Origin: Balanoglossus misakiensis
Taxonomy: Eukaryota > Animalia > Hemichordata
Assembly (NCBI GenBank): GCA_040954595.2
Contig: CM082576.2
Span: 4,438,760 to 4,502,759 of the forward strand
Length of the DNA stretch: 64,000 nt
Direction of reading: 5' to 3'
Below are positions 1 to 12,072 of the stretch, one piece after another (within the stretch, counting starts at the first letter, position 1; each line of letters begins with the position of its first letter). Made by a program: the position numbers and the translations under genes. The notes under the pieces were generated by a model. The model made no database searches, was not told where the DNA came from, and saw only the letters and a list, made by a program, of their open reading frames with translations.

Positions 1-2364
1 GCCTTCATCTGCTTAAACTTAACCAAGCATATCTACAAAACACAAACTAAAATCTTTAATGGCAGCATAAACATTGAAAAAAAAATGTGAACAGTCTATA
101 CCACAAACTTTTCTCAAGGTGGATTTATACACAACATTCTCAGGAATGCATTTACACAAAGCAACTTGCTTTGTCCTAATATTAAAAAGATTGTACATAA
201 TTTTCCCAGTATTTCTTTTTACATAGTAATAAGTTAGAGACCAGCGCATCAGTCATTGTCTATTCCTGTACAGGTTTTATTTAGATTGGTGAGAATAATT
301 TACGTTTCTAAAAGTGTCAGCTACTGGTACATATTGTTGACTGCATAATTTAGAGAAGTAGAAAAAGGTAAATGCAATGAAATTTATAAGAGGATTCAAC
401 AGTTCAGTTGTTGAATTTTAGATTAGGGGCTTAATTAAACAGTAGTAAAAGACTTTCAAGTGGTAAACATAATAAAAGGGTTGTTTACTGAAATAGACAA
501 TGCCCCCCCCCAAAAAAAAACTGTTTCTGTATTGACTACATTTATGTTGACTAAGATAATCTACATAACATTATTTAAGTAATATCAGTACTTTTCTATG
601 GGTAGCGACAGTCTTCTGAAGAATTCATGATAAAAAAAACTGTATAAAGAATTCAACATAGCATATTTATCAAAAATAAATAACTTCTGTAGCATACATA
701 TCAATGTACAAAGTTTTCTGTATCTATTTTACATGCCAACACTGGATTAATTTACCTATTAAAATAACGTTCCGTCAGAAGACAGAATTTGACAAGCAGC
801 TAGTAAACACCTGTTCGCAAATGACCGAACATTTAAAATATCACAGAGAAAAGTTGAAGGCAAGATGGTTGATTTTTTGTAAATTTCAAAACTAGTATAT
901 TAAACAAAAAAAGGTTTTTCATAGACATGATTACAAGAAATTTCTAATATCGTTTTTGAGTTAAGCGACTTTTAAAAATGCGCAAGAAGCTTCCATTTAT
1001 AAAATAAGAATTACATGTCAGAAAATACACCATTATTTTAACATAGATTTTCTGATGTTTTGATTGGTGACAAATGTTGTGAAATAATATCTAGACACTG
1101 TTACAGGTTGAATGTGTTTAAACTACTGGTTGTTATACAAAAAGATAGAAATTTGTCAGAATAATACAGATTGCATGCTTGACTGACGATGTGATCTCTA
1201 CACATGAAAATTTTTATACATAAATTGTGGAAGTACAAATTTACAAATACCAGTTTGTATAAGTTGGCTTAATTGAGGGAATATTGGTAACTTCTAGGTA
1301 TCAAGCAGCACACACAGGTACAGATACAATCAGTTATCTGAAAAAAAAACAGAATTGGGGTCTACTTTTTGTGCTAGGCCACAAGCACCTGCCACATTGT
1401 CAGACGTGGTGGAAATAGGAAATGAATTGAAACGGCTCGCAAGTGCACAAAGGTGGTCGTATTTTGACCCTGAATGAACATACGGCTGTCAGACACACCA
1501 AATATACCCAAGTTCTATTAAACACAGAAATGGGGGAAAATAACCATGATTTCTATGAGCCATTTCAGTCTACAGACATCAAAACGATAGAACAAAAAAA
1601 TCTGGCATAATCTCATGACAGAAGAACTTGACCAGACAAACTCGCCATCAATATCAAAATCTTCAATAGGAATTCAAAATTTGAGGTTTTTTGTTTATGT
1701 AAATTGTGAGAGAAGATATTCTTCCCAGTAAAAGAATAGGAAAAAAAATAATGATATCGGTAATAATTTTCATGATTTTAGAGTTCCAGCTCTGGCTTAA
1801 TATACTAGTTATTTTTTTTAAAGCACCAGCCTATGTGTATGCTATTCATATTTAAACTATGGATGTGGATGGCAAATTCTTGGAATTCAATACTCTTGGT
1901 CACTCTCTGACCCTGGCGTAGTCTAGCACCATAGGAAAGGTCAAGACAAGTGCCATGACAACAGAAACTGTGTCAGCACCCACTGCCTTGACCTTTGACC
2001 CAATCAAGCTTTACACGGTGCAGGCAAATGAGAAGTAATCTAGGAATGTATTGTTGTAATCGACTCGGAAACTTTAAACTGAAATACTGAGTGAAGAGTG
2101 TTGTTCACATCTCTACGATTCTTCAGGATCTTTTAATTATGCAACATTACTTAAATTTGTGTTGCTTCACCCACATAATGTGCAGGAGTTTTGAAAATCT
2201 TGGTCACTTACATGAGCAGTACGAACAGTAGCGTCGCGCTGCGTTTGCAACTTTTAATTCTCTATTTTTTTTGTTCCTCTTGTACTACTTTAAGAGTTAA
2301 CTGGATATGAGCTCGACAGAAACCCTCAAAAAGAGTACATTTTTGTGTGATCTTTGGCAGTCTC

Positions 2365-5300
2365 TCATGTCTTGACGCTGTCACTTTGAGTCGACTGTTG
2401 CAAATCCGTGTGGTCAACACCCTGAACCTGAAAAAAAAGACAGAAGACAATGGCTTTCAGGAGAAAGTCGATTTGGCTTTGTCCCTGGACAACAAAACAA
2501 ATACATTTCAATTATAAAAATGAAATAGACAACCTTTTAGTTTTGCAGACTGTCGTGTTTGTTCATTTCGGTGATGTTACACATTTTTTCTACATTTTGG
2601 CAAATACAATACGAGTTGAACATGTTAACATGAGTACATGCTTTCAAAATTAAAGGAGTTTCTATGAGCAGATGATCCATGAACTTCATCCCCTCCTGTT
2701 GACAGCTTTTGGCTGCTCACCTGTGTGGCCGTCTGTAGTGTCAGGGGTAACGGGATGGTTTGTGTCAATCCTTGCGAACCCTGACCAGCAGCAACTGTTA
2801 ACGTCATCGGCTGTATACCTGCAAAAAGGTGGAAACAGTCATTAACGAAATTGTCAAAAAATTATGTCAATAAACTGGCATCCAGTTCAAAATAGAATGC
2901 TTCAGGTTTCAAGTACATAGACACATGAATACACTACAGAAACATGTGCTCTATCCAGTTTTCCTGAAAATATAGAATATTAAAGCGAGAATATGTTCCC
3001 ACCTGACTGATCCCCTGCCTGTGATGCAGGTATTGCTGTGGATGTTGGATAATTGAAGACCAGTCCCTCTGGTAGCGATGATGGTCCCGGTGCGTAGACC
3101 ACACCCTGGGGGGTCTGATACATTAAGTGTCCAGCCACTGATGTCAGCGTTGTGGCACCTAATGTGAAGTGAAACCAGTCGTATTTCGATCAGATTATCG
3201 GAAGCATATTCTGTGAGACTGACTTGTGAGATATTAGATTTGTAAGCACTGATGCTAGGAAAGCCTTCTTCCAAACAGTTGTGATCAAATAACATGACGA
3301 TACACAAACAATCTAATTACACGAATGAAAGTTCATATTTCGCTGTGTTTCAACTCACCAGTAGTGGCTATTTGAGTACTTGGTACAACTGATATTGTCG
3401 TCTGTTGTTGTTGTTGATCATCAACTGTTGTTGCTGTGTTGGCCGTGGCTTGTTGTATGGCGACTGCAGTCAACATTTGGCCGATGCCTGAAGAAGCACT
3501 GGTGGTAGGTTGCTGCAATCTATACACAGTCTGCTGCTGTTGTTGTTGTTGTTGTTGCTGGACTTGTTGTTGTTGTTGCTGTACCTGTTGTTGTTGTTGC
3601 TGTTGTTGTTGATTTGCTTGGACTTGTGTTTGAAGTTGAATTTGCTGCCCTTGTGCCTGCTGCAACTGCTGCATGCCAAGTTGAATGGTGCCACTGGGTG
3701 TAATATGTGTGCCTGGTCGTGGAGTGATCAGAAATATCTATTTGTAAGGTGTGGGTCCACTGTCAGGGCACTGGCCATGGCCCGGTATTACACCCTGCCA
3801 TGCTGGACATAAACTTTGACTCGATTCAAGTCAGTGCGTTTTGCACCATAACCCTTTCACCACCATAGTTCAGCCCAACACAGTGTTTTCCTTCACATTT
3901 GTGTACACACTGCCCACTCACTTCACCATCACCAGGCACGTGGGGGTGATCGGTGGAGGTCGTGATATCCAGACAGGAAATGCAAATAAGGAGGACCTGT
4001 CACACTTCTTTATAATATCTGACCATATTGGGTTACTATTTCGAGGTTTATGTGCTTGTCTTTCCTTTCAGTATCGGTCTGTGATCTCATCCTGCAGGAA
4101 AGTGTGACATCATCTCGTGGGAACACAATCGTCCAGTCAGGAAATGTGACTACCTGTCATATATATTACGTCATAATTTACACACAGCAAGTTTCAAGTC
4201 TGAGGCAGACTTTCTACAGAAACTGACCCACATCTTTGCCTTTTCAGTTCATGACTATTTCCACTAAACATGACGTAAACTACAATATGCGCATTACCAC
4301 AAAAGGGCAAAATATATCATGAACTAAAATGTCCAAAGTGAGTGACTTTGTCCCTTCATGGCGCGATATGCAACTTTTTAAATTCTTTTTATGAATTAAC
4401 GGCTGCAAGAAGCCTTCAATATTTACCTGGTGGCAAGATGGTTGTAATTCCCCCTGGCAGCTGCATAGAAATGCCGCCAGCCTGCGAGTTGGCCGCCGAC
4501 ACCGATGTGGACATGTTGGCTGTGTTACTTTTGGCAATGCTTGACACTGTAGCAGACTGGTTGGCACTTGTGCAAGTAGGCAGATAGGTGGTCATCGGGA
4601 AAGTGTGTCCAGCTCCAGCGATCTGAATGCCTGTATAATGAAATAGTACGCAAATGCCATGGAAACTGAATATTTTTGTTGTGTTTATTTTAATCTGCGT
4701 TGACACTAGGAACGCCTGAAGTAATTGTTTAAAATCATCTACAAAAACATTTTGGAGTAATTATCTCAGCCTGCTGTCCCCAATAACACCATAATTCATT
4801 TTCCAGTGGTTTCCTTTCAACTTTTATCAGAATACACTTTACGAGTCAATTGGATCGGAAATGAATCTGGTCACCCATGTGGTGAGCATTAAAATCCAGC
4901 AGCGCACATACACGCTTACACACATGGATAGCATAATTTATGACCTGGCAAGCCAGTGTTCTCTGCCACATCACAGTAGACAAAGAGAGTTTGATTTTTC
5001 AACCCCTGCATCACAACTATGCAAAGCCTGAATTTAACACACACAAAAAGACTCAACTCTGGCCATTGTTTTTCTTCTTTTTCATTTCGTGATACTGCCA
5101 AATAATTTACGGAACATGGTCCAGAGGACAAGTAGTTCATCAAAATATATCCTCATGTCGTGAAAATTAAAAATCAATACACACAATCCTACAATGCAAT
5201 ATAACACTTATGTTGACAGAGATATATGTAAAAATACACACAAGTTATGTAAACGAGTCCACCCTAAAACAACAAAGTAAAGTTTTAAAAATGTCCCTCT

Positions 5301-8300
5301 ATCAGATCAAAACTAATCAAGATTCTTAAGATTCCAACATTTTCTAAATATCCGTCTGTAATTCACTTGCAATATGTGCAGGCTAAAGTAAGTTAGTCAG
5401 ACTGAAATGAGCAAATGAGCTAATAAATTGTTCAGTTTGCCTTTGGAGAAGGAGGAAAGAGTTCAGAGGTTAAGATACTTTATCTGTTATATGTCCTTTG
5501 AGCACAACACCACAAGGTCAAGTGATCTAACCATGGGAGGATATTTTCTTTCCCAAGGTCTCTCATCAAGCAACTCTCAAAATTTCCTTGGGACAGGATT
5601 CGTCTTCGATAAAAAACAACCAAAATCGTAATTCATACATTTTTTTAAATTCAATTTTCACTACATTTGTTTTACATGTACTTTATACAACTTCCTGTGA
5701 GCAACGAGAGGCCAATTGCGATAAGCCTCTGATCACTACACTTTGGAATTTATGCAACTTTTTTGTAATAGTTGGGATTCCATTGATGCGACAGAGAACG
5801 TGATGTGACGGATTCAAATTTTGCGATGCCTTTCTCAAGGTGAAATACAATCAAAATGACTGACAAGTACATTGTCATTTTTAGCAGAGATCTTTCAAGT
5901 AATACTTTTGATGAGATAAAAACGTATAAACTGGATGAAAGTGTGAATATTAGAGCCTTGTAATTTACCTGAGGCTGTGGCACCTGTACCGGCTAGACTT
6001 CCGTCAGCTCCTGCACCAGGTATGTTGGTTATCGTGAAAATCTGAGGCTTGACTTCCTGTGGGGGAAAAACGAAACACATGAGACTGGTTATCAGTCATT
6101 GTTTTTTAATTGGATGGGAAGTGTTTCATGGCTAAAGCTAGTGATAAATGCCACACTGTACAAGAGTTCACAGTTACATGATTTTAACTTCCCCATTCAC
6201 AAGACAGTGTTTATAAAAAAAAATTGCAACTGCAAAAGGTGGTACATTTTTTTAAATGGGTAAATGTGACAAGATAATATGATCTATTTTAATATTCAAC
6301 CTAGATTTAATTCTTTGATCAGAAAGTGAGACCAGGGTGTTGTTCAGTGACAAGCCTGTGGCTCACAGCAGGTACCATTTATATTAATTATCAATTAATT
6401 ATGCAACATTATGATTTTCACCTGGCCTTCCATCCTAAGATATTATTAATCACACCATTCGTGTAATTTTGTTCCTTTTACGCACTGACAACACAGACTG
6501 TTTGAAACGCAACGCAAATAACGCAGCAACAAAACTGCAATGGCCCGTGACCTCACTTGCATATCACGCATACTTGGGCATGAAACCTTTGTCTGGCAAC
6601 ACTAAAAATAATACTGGCAAACAGGGAATCCCTGGCCATTCTGTTTTCAACAGGCGGATAAAGTTTCCTTACTATCATTGCAGCTGCCGAAAATAGCTGC
6701 CAGTGATTCAGTCATAAAACATTTTGCCCGGGCTATGACGCAAATGAACACATGCCACAGACTAGAAACACGGCACAACTTGCTTTAATTATGAAAATAC
6801 ATCTCGGGCTCTGACGCTATATTGAGCAACATGACATCACAGTGCCCACAGCCCATTGGGCAGCTGAATGCGGCTGGAATTTCGTGTTTATTGTTTAGCA
6901 TTGGTGGTTGCGCTGATGTTAGTGACCACACGCTTTTCATTGACCTATATGTCACATTCTAACATTCTGTCGCCCTTCAGCTGGTCGGTCTCTTGATCAG
7001 ATGGTTTTCCCATTAATTGGGAGTGCAATCTGCTGCGCCATGCGGACCCCACCATGGGGCTATGCTTTTTTTTTTTTTTACTGTGATGCCCCGACAGCGT
7101 GAATCAAACATCAGATATGTGGCAGGCTGGATCGCCGTCGATGTTATCACTGAGGATTACAAGTCAGTATAATAAAAGTGGCACAACTTCACAAGAATGA
7201 GATATCCAACTGTTCTCTCAACTTCATAATTATGACAATACCCTATGGGTAATTGCTTTCAACTGTAGCAAAATATTTAGAGATAATCTCCAGTCAGCAC
7301 AATTCTCTCTCATTTTTTAAATTAATTTTAACTATTGGTATCATGTATAAACACAATAGAAAAAAAAGAAATGTAAACGAAAAAAAGTCAAAACACACAG
7401 ATATTGTGTGTGCTGTATAAAACAGCACCAAAATCTTGCAATTTCAAATCACATAAACAAATTTTGTTCTAACAAGCTGATGTATATACAGAGTAGAGTC
7501 GCAAGTTGTGATAGTAAATTCTCTCAGATTTACATTTCCACACAGTTGTTTTATTGAGTGTTCTCATTATAGAAACATGATGTCATTCTCTGTGGTTTAC
7601 TAAGTTTACACTGAGTTGGAAATAGTCTGCCCCAGTAAAAGAAAACTTGACCCCAGCGGTTTGATAATCAACACACAGCTTACATTCATTTCGGGGGCAC
7701 TATTGTGAGTCTTTCCATATAAGGCATGGATTGTATAGGGAAATACCTCACGGTGTAATCAGCTAACAATTGTTACCAATAAGGACAAATTATGCCCATA
7801 TATGGCGGGGAGCTTGGAACATTTCAGCCATATTTGGCAGGGGAGGCCGATCTGAAATTTTATCAATGAACCCTGGTTACACATGTTTTTACTACACCGT
7901 GCGTTCTGCAGTAATTCCGACATTTCGCTGGGATAATTGCAAGTGCAAACGATATCCCCGGGGGACGATCGACCAAACACAAATCTTAGCCATCTGGTGA
8001 CCTGAAAATTCGACTAGGCACCGGAATATCACCTCACACACTGCGCGAACAGCGTGAAGCCACTGTTCTCCAGGACACTGTCGACAGCAGACAATACGAG
8101 CACAGCCAGATGGAGGTTGTAAAATCGACTAATTCACTTCCCTCGGCGCATCTCAAATTTAAGACAAATTAAATTAATCGAATCACAGATGGCCCACCCA
8201 GCCAAACAGAAGGCTAAAACAAAAGACGAGGCGTTTCCAATCAAATCCAGTAAACGACTAACCTTTCCTTCCTCTTCATTCACTTGATATGTCAGCTCAG

Positions 8301-9229
8301 TTTCCTCAAAACCAGTTGCACTCATGCGCTGGTCTGAGGTCTGCACGCCGATTTGTGACGGTGGATCGGGGGAATTTAGGCACGTTTGGATGAGAGCTTT
8401 GCCACTTTCGCTTGTAATCATCGGCTGCAATTTCCGAGTGGCGAATGTGTATACATGTCCGGTTTCACTTGCAACCAACAGCATCACCTGTGTCCCAGTC
8501 AGTGTAGACAATTCATAGGCCTAGATGGAAAGTTTTAGAATAATAATCAATTTTCACGATCGAATGCACTGTTGGCGTGTACATTTTGTACAGTATCACC
8601 ATGCACCAGTCGATGGCCGGCCTGTATCAAAATGTCATTTGACGTGATGGTAATATCAACACATGCAACATACCCAGGCTATGCAAGGAGACTGGTCCAA
8701 TGCAAATAAAAATCTGAGCCATGGAGTGCATTTAACACGAAGGATCTGCAATATCGGGAAAATGCAGAAAATTGTGCCAACGAGAGGACGAGAAGTGGAC
8801 GCGCAAAATTATAACGGTGTATAAATAAACAATAAAAACAAGGGAAGTGTGGCTAACCTTTTTCATGATACCGGTTTTCCGTTTACTGAAGGTTGTGTAC
8901 CGCCTGAGCTTGTTATCGATGAATTCCATTTTTATCTTCACACGACCCTTTGTCTTTTTGCCTGGTTTGGGACCATCTTTCCCAGGTTCGCGTTTCGTAA
9001 GATCGTCCTCGGCAGATCTTTTCTTGCCCCCGGTGCTGTTACCCAAATCGTCAATTTCTGAACTTCCATCGCTGTCATCGGCATCAAGGCCGGGGACAAC
9101 CGAGTGACCATAAACTCCGTCATCGCCGCCAATTGCAGGGTTATCGAGCATATCCCGTATGTGACCTGGTGCAGAATATTCCACAGAACCGAGCTGACTT
9201 TGACTGGAGTTCGTATGTTGGTTCTGCAT
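2365..9229 (-). CDS. SRF: Serum response factor (MADS-box transcription factor), about 530 aa, 8 coding exons
   Basis: MADS box GRVKIKMEFIDNKLRRYTTFSKRKTGIMKK|AYELSTLTGTQVMLLVASETGHVYTFATRKLQPMITSESGKALIQTCLN, plus a C-terminal GHLMYQTPQGVVYAP block. GT-AG exons: 9229-8858, 8520-8263, 6056-5969, 4630-4427, 3712-3359, 3158-3003, 2818-2721, 2427-2365. The total is 1593 nt, in frame, ending in TGA. Confidence 0.95.
3531..3612 (-). repeat. CAA/CAG trinucleotide repeat encoding polyglutamine in SRF exon 5
   Basis: (TGT/TGC)n on the + strand; the - strand reads QQQQQQQQQVQQQQQQVQQQQQQQQQQ. Confidence 0.9.
7715..7837. promoter_or_regulatory. Cluster of three perfect CArG boxes in SRF intron 2
   Basis: CC(A/T)6GG matches: CCATATAAGG 7715-7724, CCATATATGG 7796-7805, CCATATTTGG 7828-7837. 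Confidence 0.8.
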
Positions 9230-9536
9230 GTTGTAATGTTTTTATTTTCGCGGGATGACGATATTTAGATTTTTCAGATGGCCCGGCTTCCTGTCTGGTC
9301 ACCAAAAAGGCAATGCCGCATTACTGCTCACAATTACCAAAATAAATCCGCGAGGAGCTACATTTGACCATGTACGCTAATTTAATCGTCTTGCTTCGGC
9401 GTTTTGACGTAAACATATCAGTTTTTCGTCACTTTAATTATTCTAACGTTAAAATGATCTATTTTTGCGCATTTAGCAACAAATCAATCCCGCGCAATAA
9501 TTTTTAGAGCTCATTTGTGATATGGCGTCCCTCCTT

Positions 9537-9591
9537 CCTAGTAAGGTAAACGGGTTTCCTTATTTGGATGTCAGGGACTCCATATATGGCG
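9537..9591. promoter_or_regulatory. SRF promoter CArG boxes
   Basis: CCTTATTTGG 9558-9567 and CCATATATGG 9580-9589 are perfect; CCTAGTAAGG 9537-9546 has one mismatch. They lie about 310-360 bp upstream of the SRF ATG in a CpG-richer stretch. Confidence 0.8.
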
Positions 9592-12072
9592 TAACCATGT
9601 ACTAACTTTTACTAAACTTGCTAAATGTTACAATGTTACGAAATTTTAAGCAATCGCTAAATACTATGGTAATATTAATCTAAATTATAATAGTTGATTG
9701 AAACCATTAAAGAAAATCAGTTCATTTAAAGTTTATGCCGAAATATACGTAGTTGACCGATTTTCCCCTGACGCGACTAATAATAAGCTCAGGCGTTTGT
9801 CTCATTAAAATTGCGTGCTAACAATAATTTTAGAACATGTAATAATTATATTTCCTTTCAAAGTCTGAATCATCACTGACTCGCGAGAATGAATTGGGTC
9901 TAGGCCTACTTGTAAAAATAGCAACTAACGCTATTGGTGTGACACGTATACTTTCAAAGTGTTTCTGTTCGCTTAAATAAACTTTAATGAAAGTTCCCCG
10001 AGACAATTTAGTAATGGGTCATTTGCCGACAATCACATGCTGTTGGTTTTGTCTGTCTCATCTAATAACAAGAACTGGTCCAGGAATTATCATATACTGA
10101 CTTCCGAACTATCCGGTGACTGACGAGATTCGTTTATAGCTCCAAACGCAGAACTCGCGGTGGAAATAATCCGTCATATTAAGTGTCATTGTGTGCGTGT
10201 ATCTAGCCGGGCGATATGTCACGAATTTTGAATAAAAGGTGTAAGGTCAGTGTTGTATTGGTGATGAAGTGATCGTTTTAACATCCGGGAGGCGGTGTCA
10301 AAATGTACAAGGGACAGTCTAGCGATCCCTTCCATCCTTCCGTCCAAATCGCTGAGGGCGCTTTCTAAGTGGTGGCATGGTCAATGACCATCTCAACTGA
10401 CCGAAGCATGCCTATGTGGTCGACATTGCAGAGCAAAATAAACTTGTTATTTTCTTGGGTAAAAGTGACTGGTAAACTACATATAGACAACTTTTATGGG
10501 TTTTCAAAATTTTAAAACCATGGCAAAGTATGAGTAAGAGGGCCCGGGCAAGCAAGAAAATATCGCTGTCACGGTTGTTGACTAGCGATTTTCTCAGCTG
10601 GAATTGTACACTAATGGCTGGTGTGAAAAAGGTTCCAATGAAAATAATTTGTATAGAAATGAGAGAATTTTATCTGAGATCAAACAACTTTATCCATATC
10701 TAGCTGAGGTATTTACCGATTGCGATTTTTCACAATCCATTATTCATCAAGGGGTGTTCTGCAGTGGGTTCGTTCCTCAGCGACGCGAGCTGTGAGTCTG
10801 TCGACTTTCTTCTGTGATTTTTGTCCAACACTTCAACGATGAAATTGAAAAGCGAATGCTTGGTTCACGCAATTTGACTATGAGGAGAAATCCTATAACT
10901 GACTACCGAAGTCGTGGCAACCCGACGATGAAATAGACGTGTCTCCGCTAACATGCAAGAATTAATCACGAGCTGAAGTACACCACGTACTTGATAAAGA
11001 CATCTGATAAGATGACAGGATATCTTGAAGACGCTTCATAGTCATTCAGTACCATTCGGTCCGAGCGCATCCTTCTTATAGTTGCTCTGGACAACTCCAA
11101 AAACAGCGCCAAGAACTCCAGATCATTGGCACCGTATACCGGGTAAGTTTCTCTCTGGTCTGTTGACCGTCTTTCAAAAACGGGTATTTTCGTTATTGGC
11201 CGCTTCTATTTCTGTATTTTTTGCAAAATTGCGTTACGTGACCTTCATCTTGGGAGCGTGTGCGTTTATTTGTTGTGTTCAAGAATTCGGCTTGGGCCGG
11301 TGGCGTCATTGCCGTCCCTTCTTTTTTGCGAAGAACCAAACCTAAAACCAGAATTGAGAAATGTATCTCTCCATCGTCTCCCCAAAAAGGGACCATGACC
11401 TTACACACGTGAAAATGGACCAAACGACGCCCTGTTATGAATTTTCCCACCATGATCCATCTAAGATACCCTTCCATCAGCACCTTCAAAACTTTGCTTC
11501 GGTTTGTGAATCCGAATACCCATCTCCACCGGGTTACTCTAAGGGTGATGGGTCAATATCACCGTTTATTGTGTTTCAAGAACCAATTTTGGATTCGTCG
11601 CTTTGCCATCATCGCCGTTTGACCGTATGTGAAAAAAAACTGGGACTCATTAATCTGCATTAAGCCTAAATGCCAACACAACTGCACGTAATAACGATAA
11701 CATCTCAATGCGCTGAGTTTTAATAAAAACACGGAATGCAACGTAACAGTTATACACATTAATATCATTTCATAATGATTAAACATATAAGACAGATTTC
11801 ACGATTCTTCAAAATTAACATGTTCTTTCGAATTCAGTACCAAGGAACATTTAATTACATGATGTTGGTAGTTTCAGAAGGTCTAATGGACAAAAATTAC
11901 CTTGAGTTACGTAACATGGAATATTTTGTCAACAATTTGTGTTTTCCTTTAGTCTTGATAATTTAATTTAAGAAAAATCCGATTTCGCACTTGGGAGAAT
12001 AGCGTGTAGTAGCATTCACACATGAACGGTTTTCGTTGCAGTTTTTTTTGCTACAGGATTCAGACGTCCAAG

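Noticed and set aside
3470-3812. Poly-Leu and poly-Asn ORFs
   Set aside because: These are antisense and alternative-frame shadows of the SRF polyQ repeat.
7010-7020. CCATTAATTGG and similar near-CArG strings (also 7776, 9302, 48727)
   Set aside because: They have five or seven A/T between CC and GG, so they are not canonical CArG boxes.
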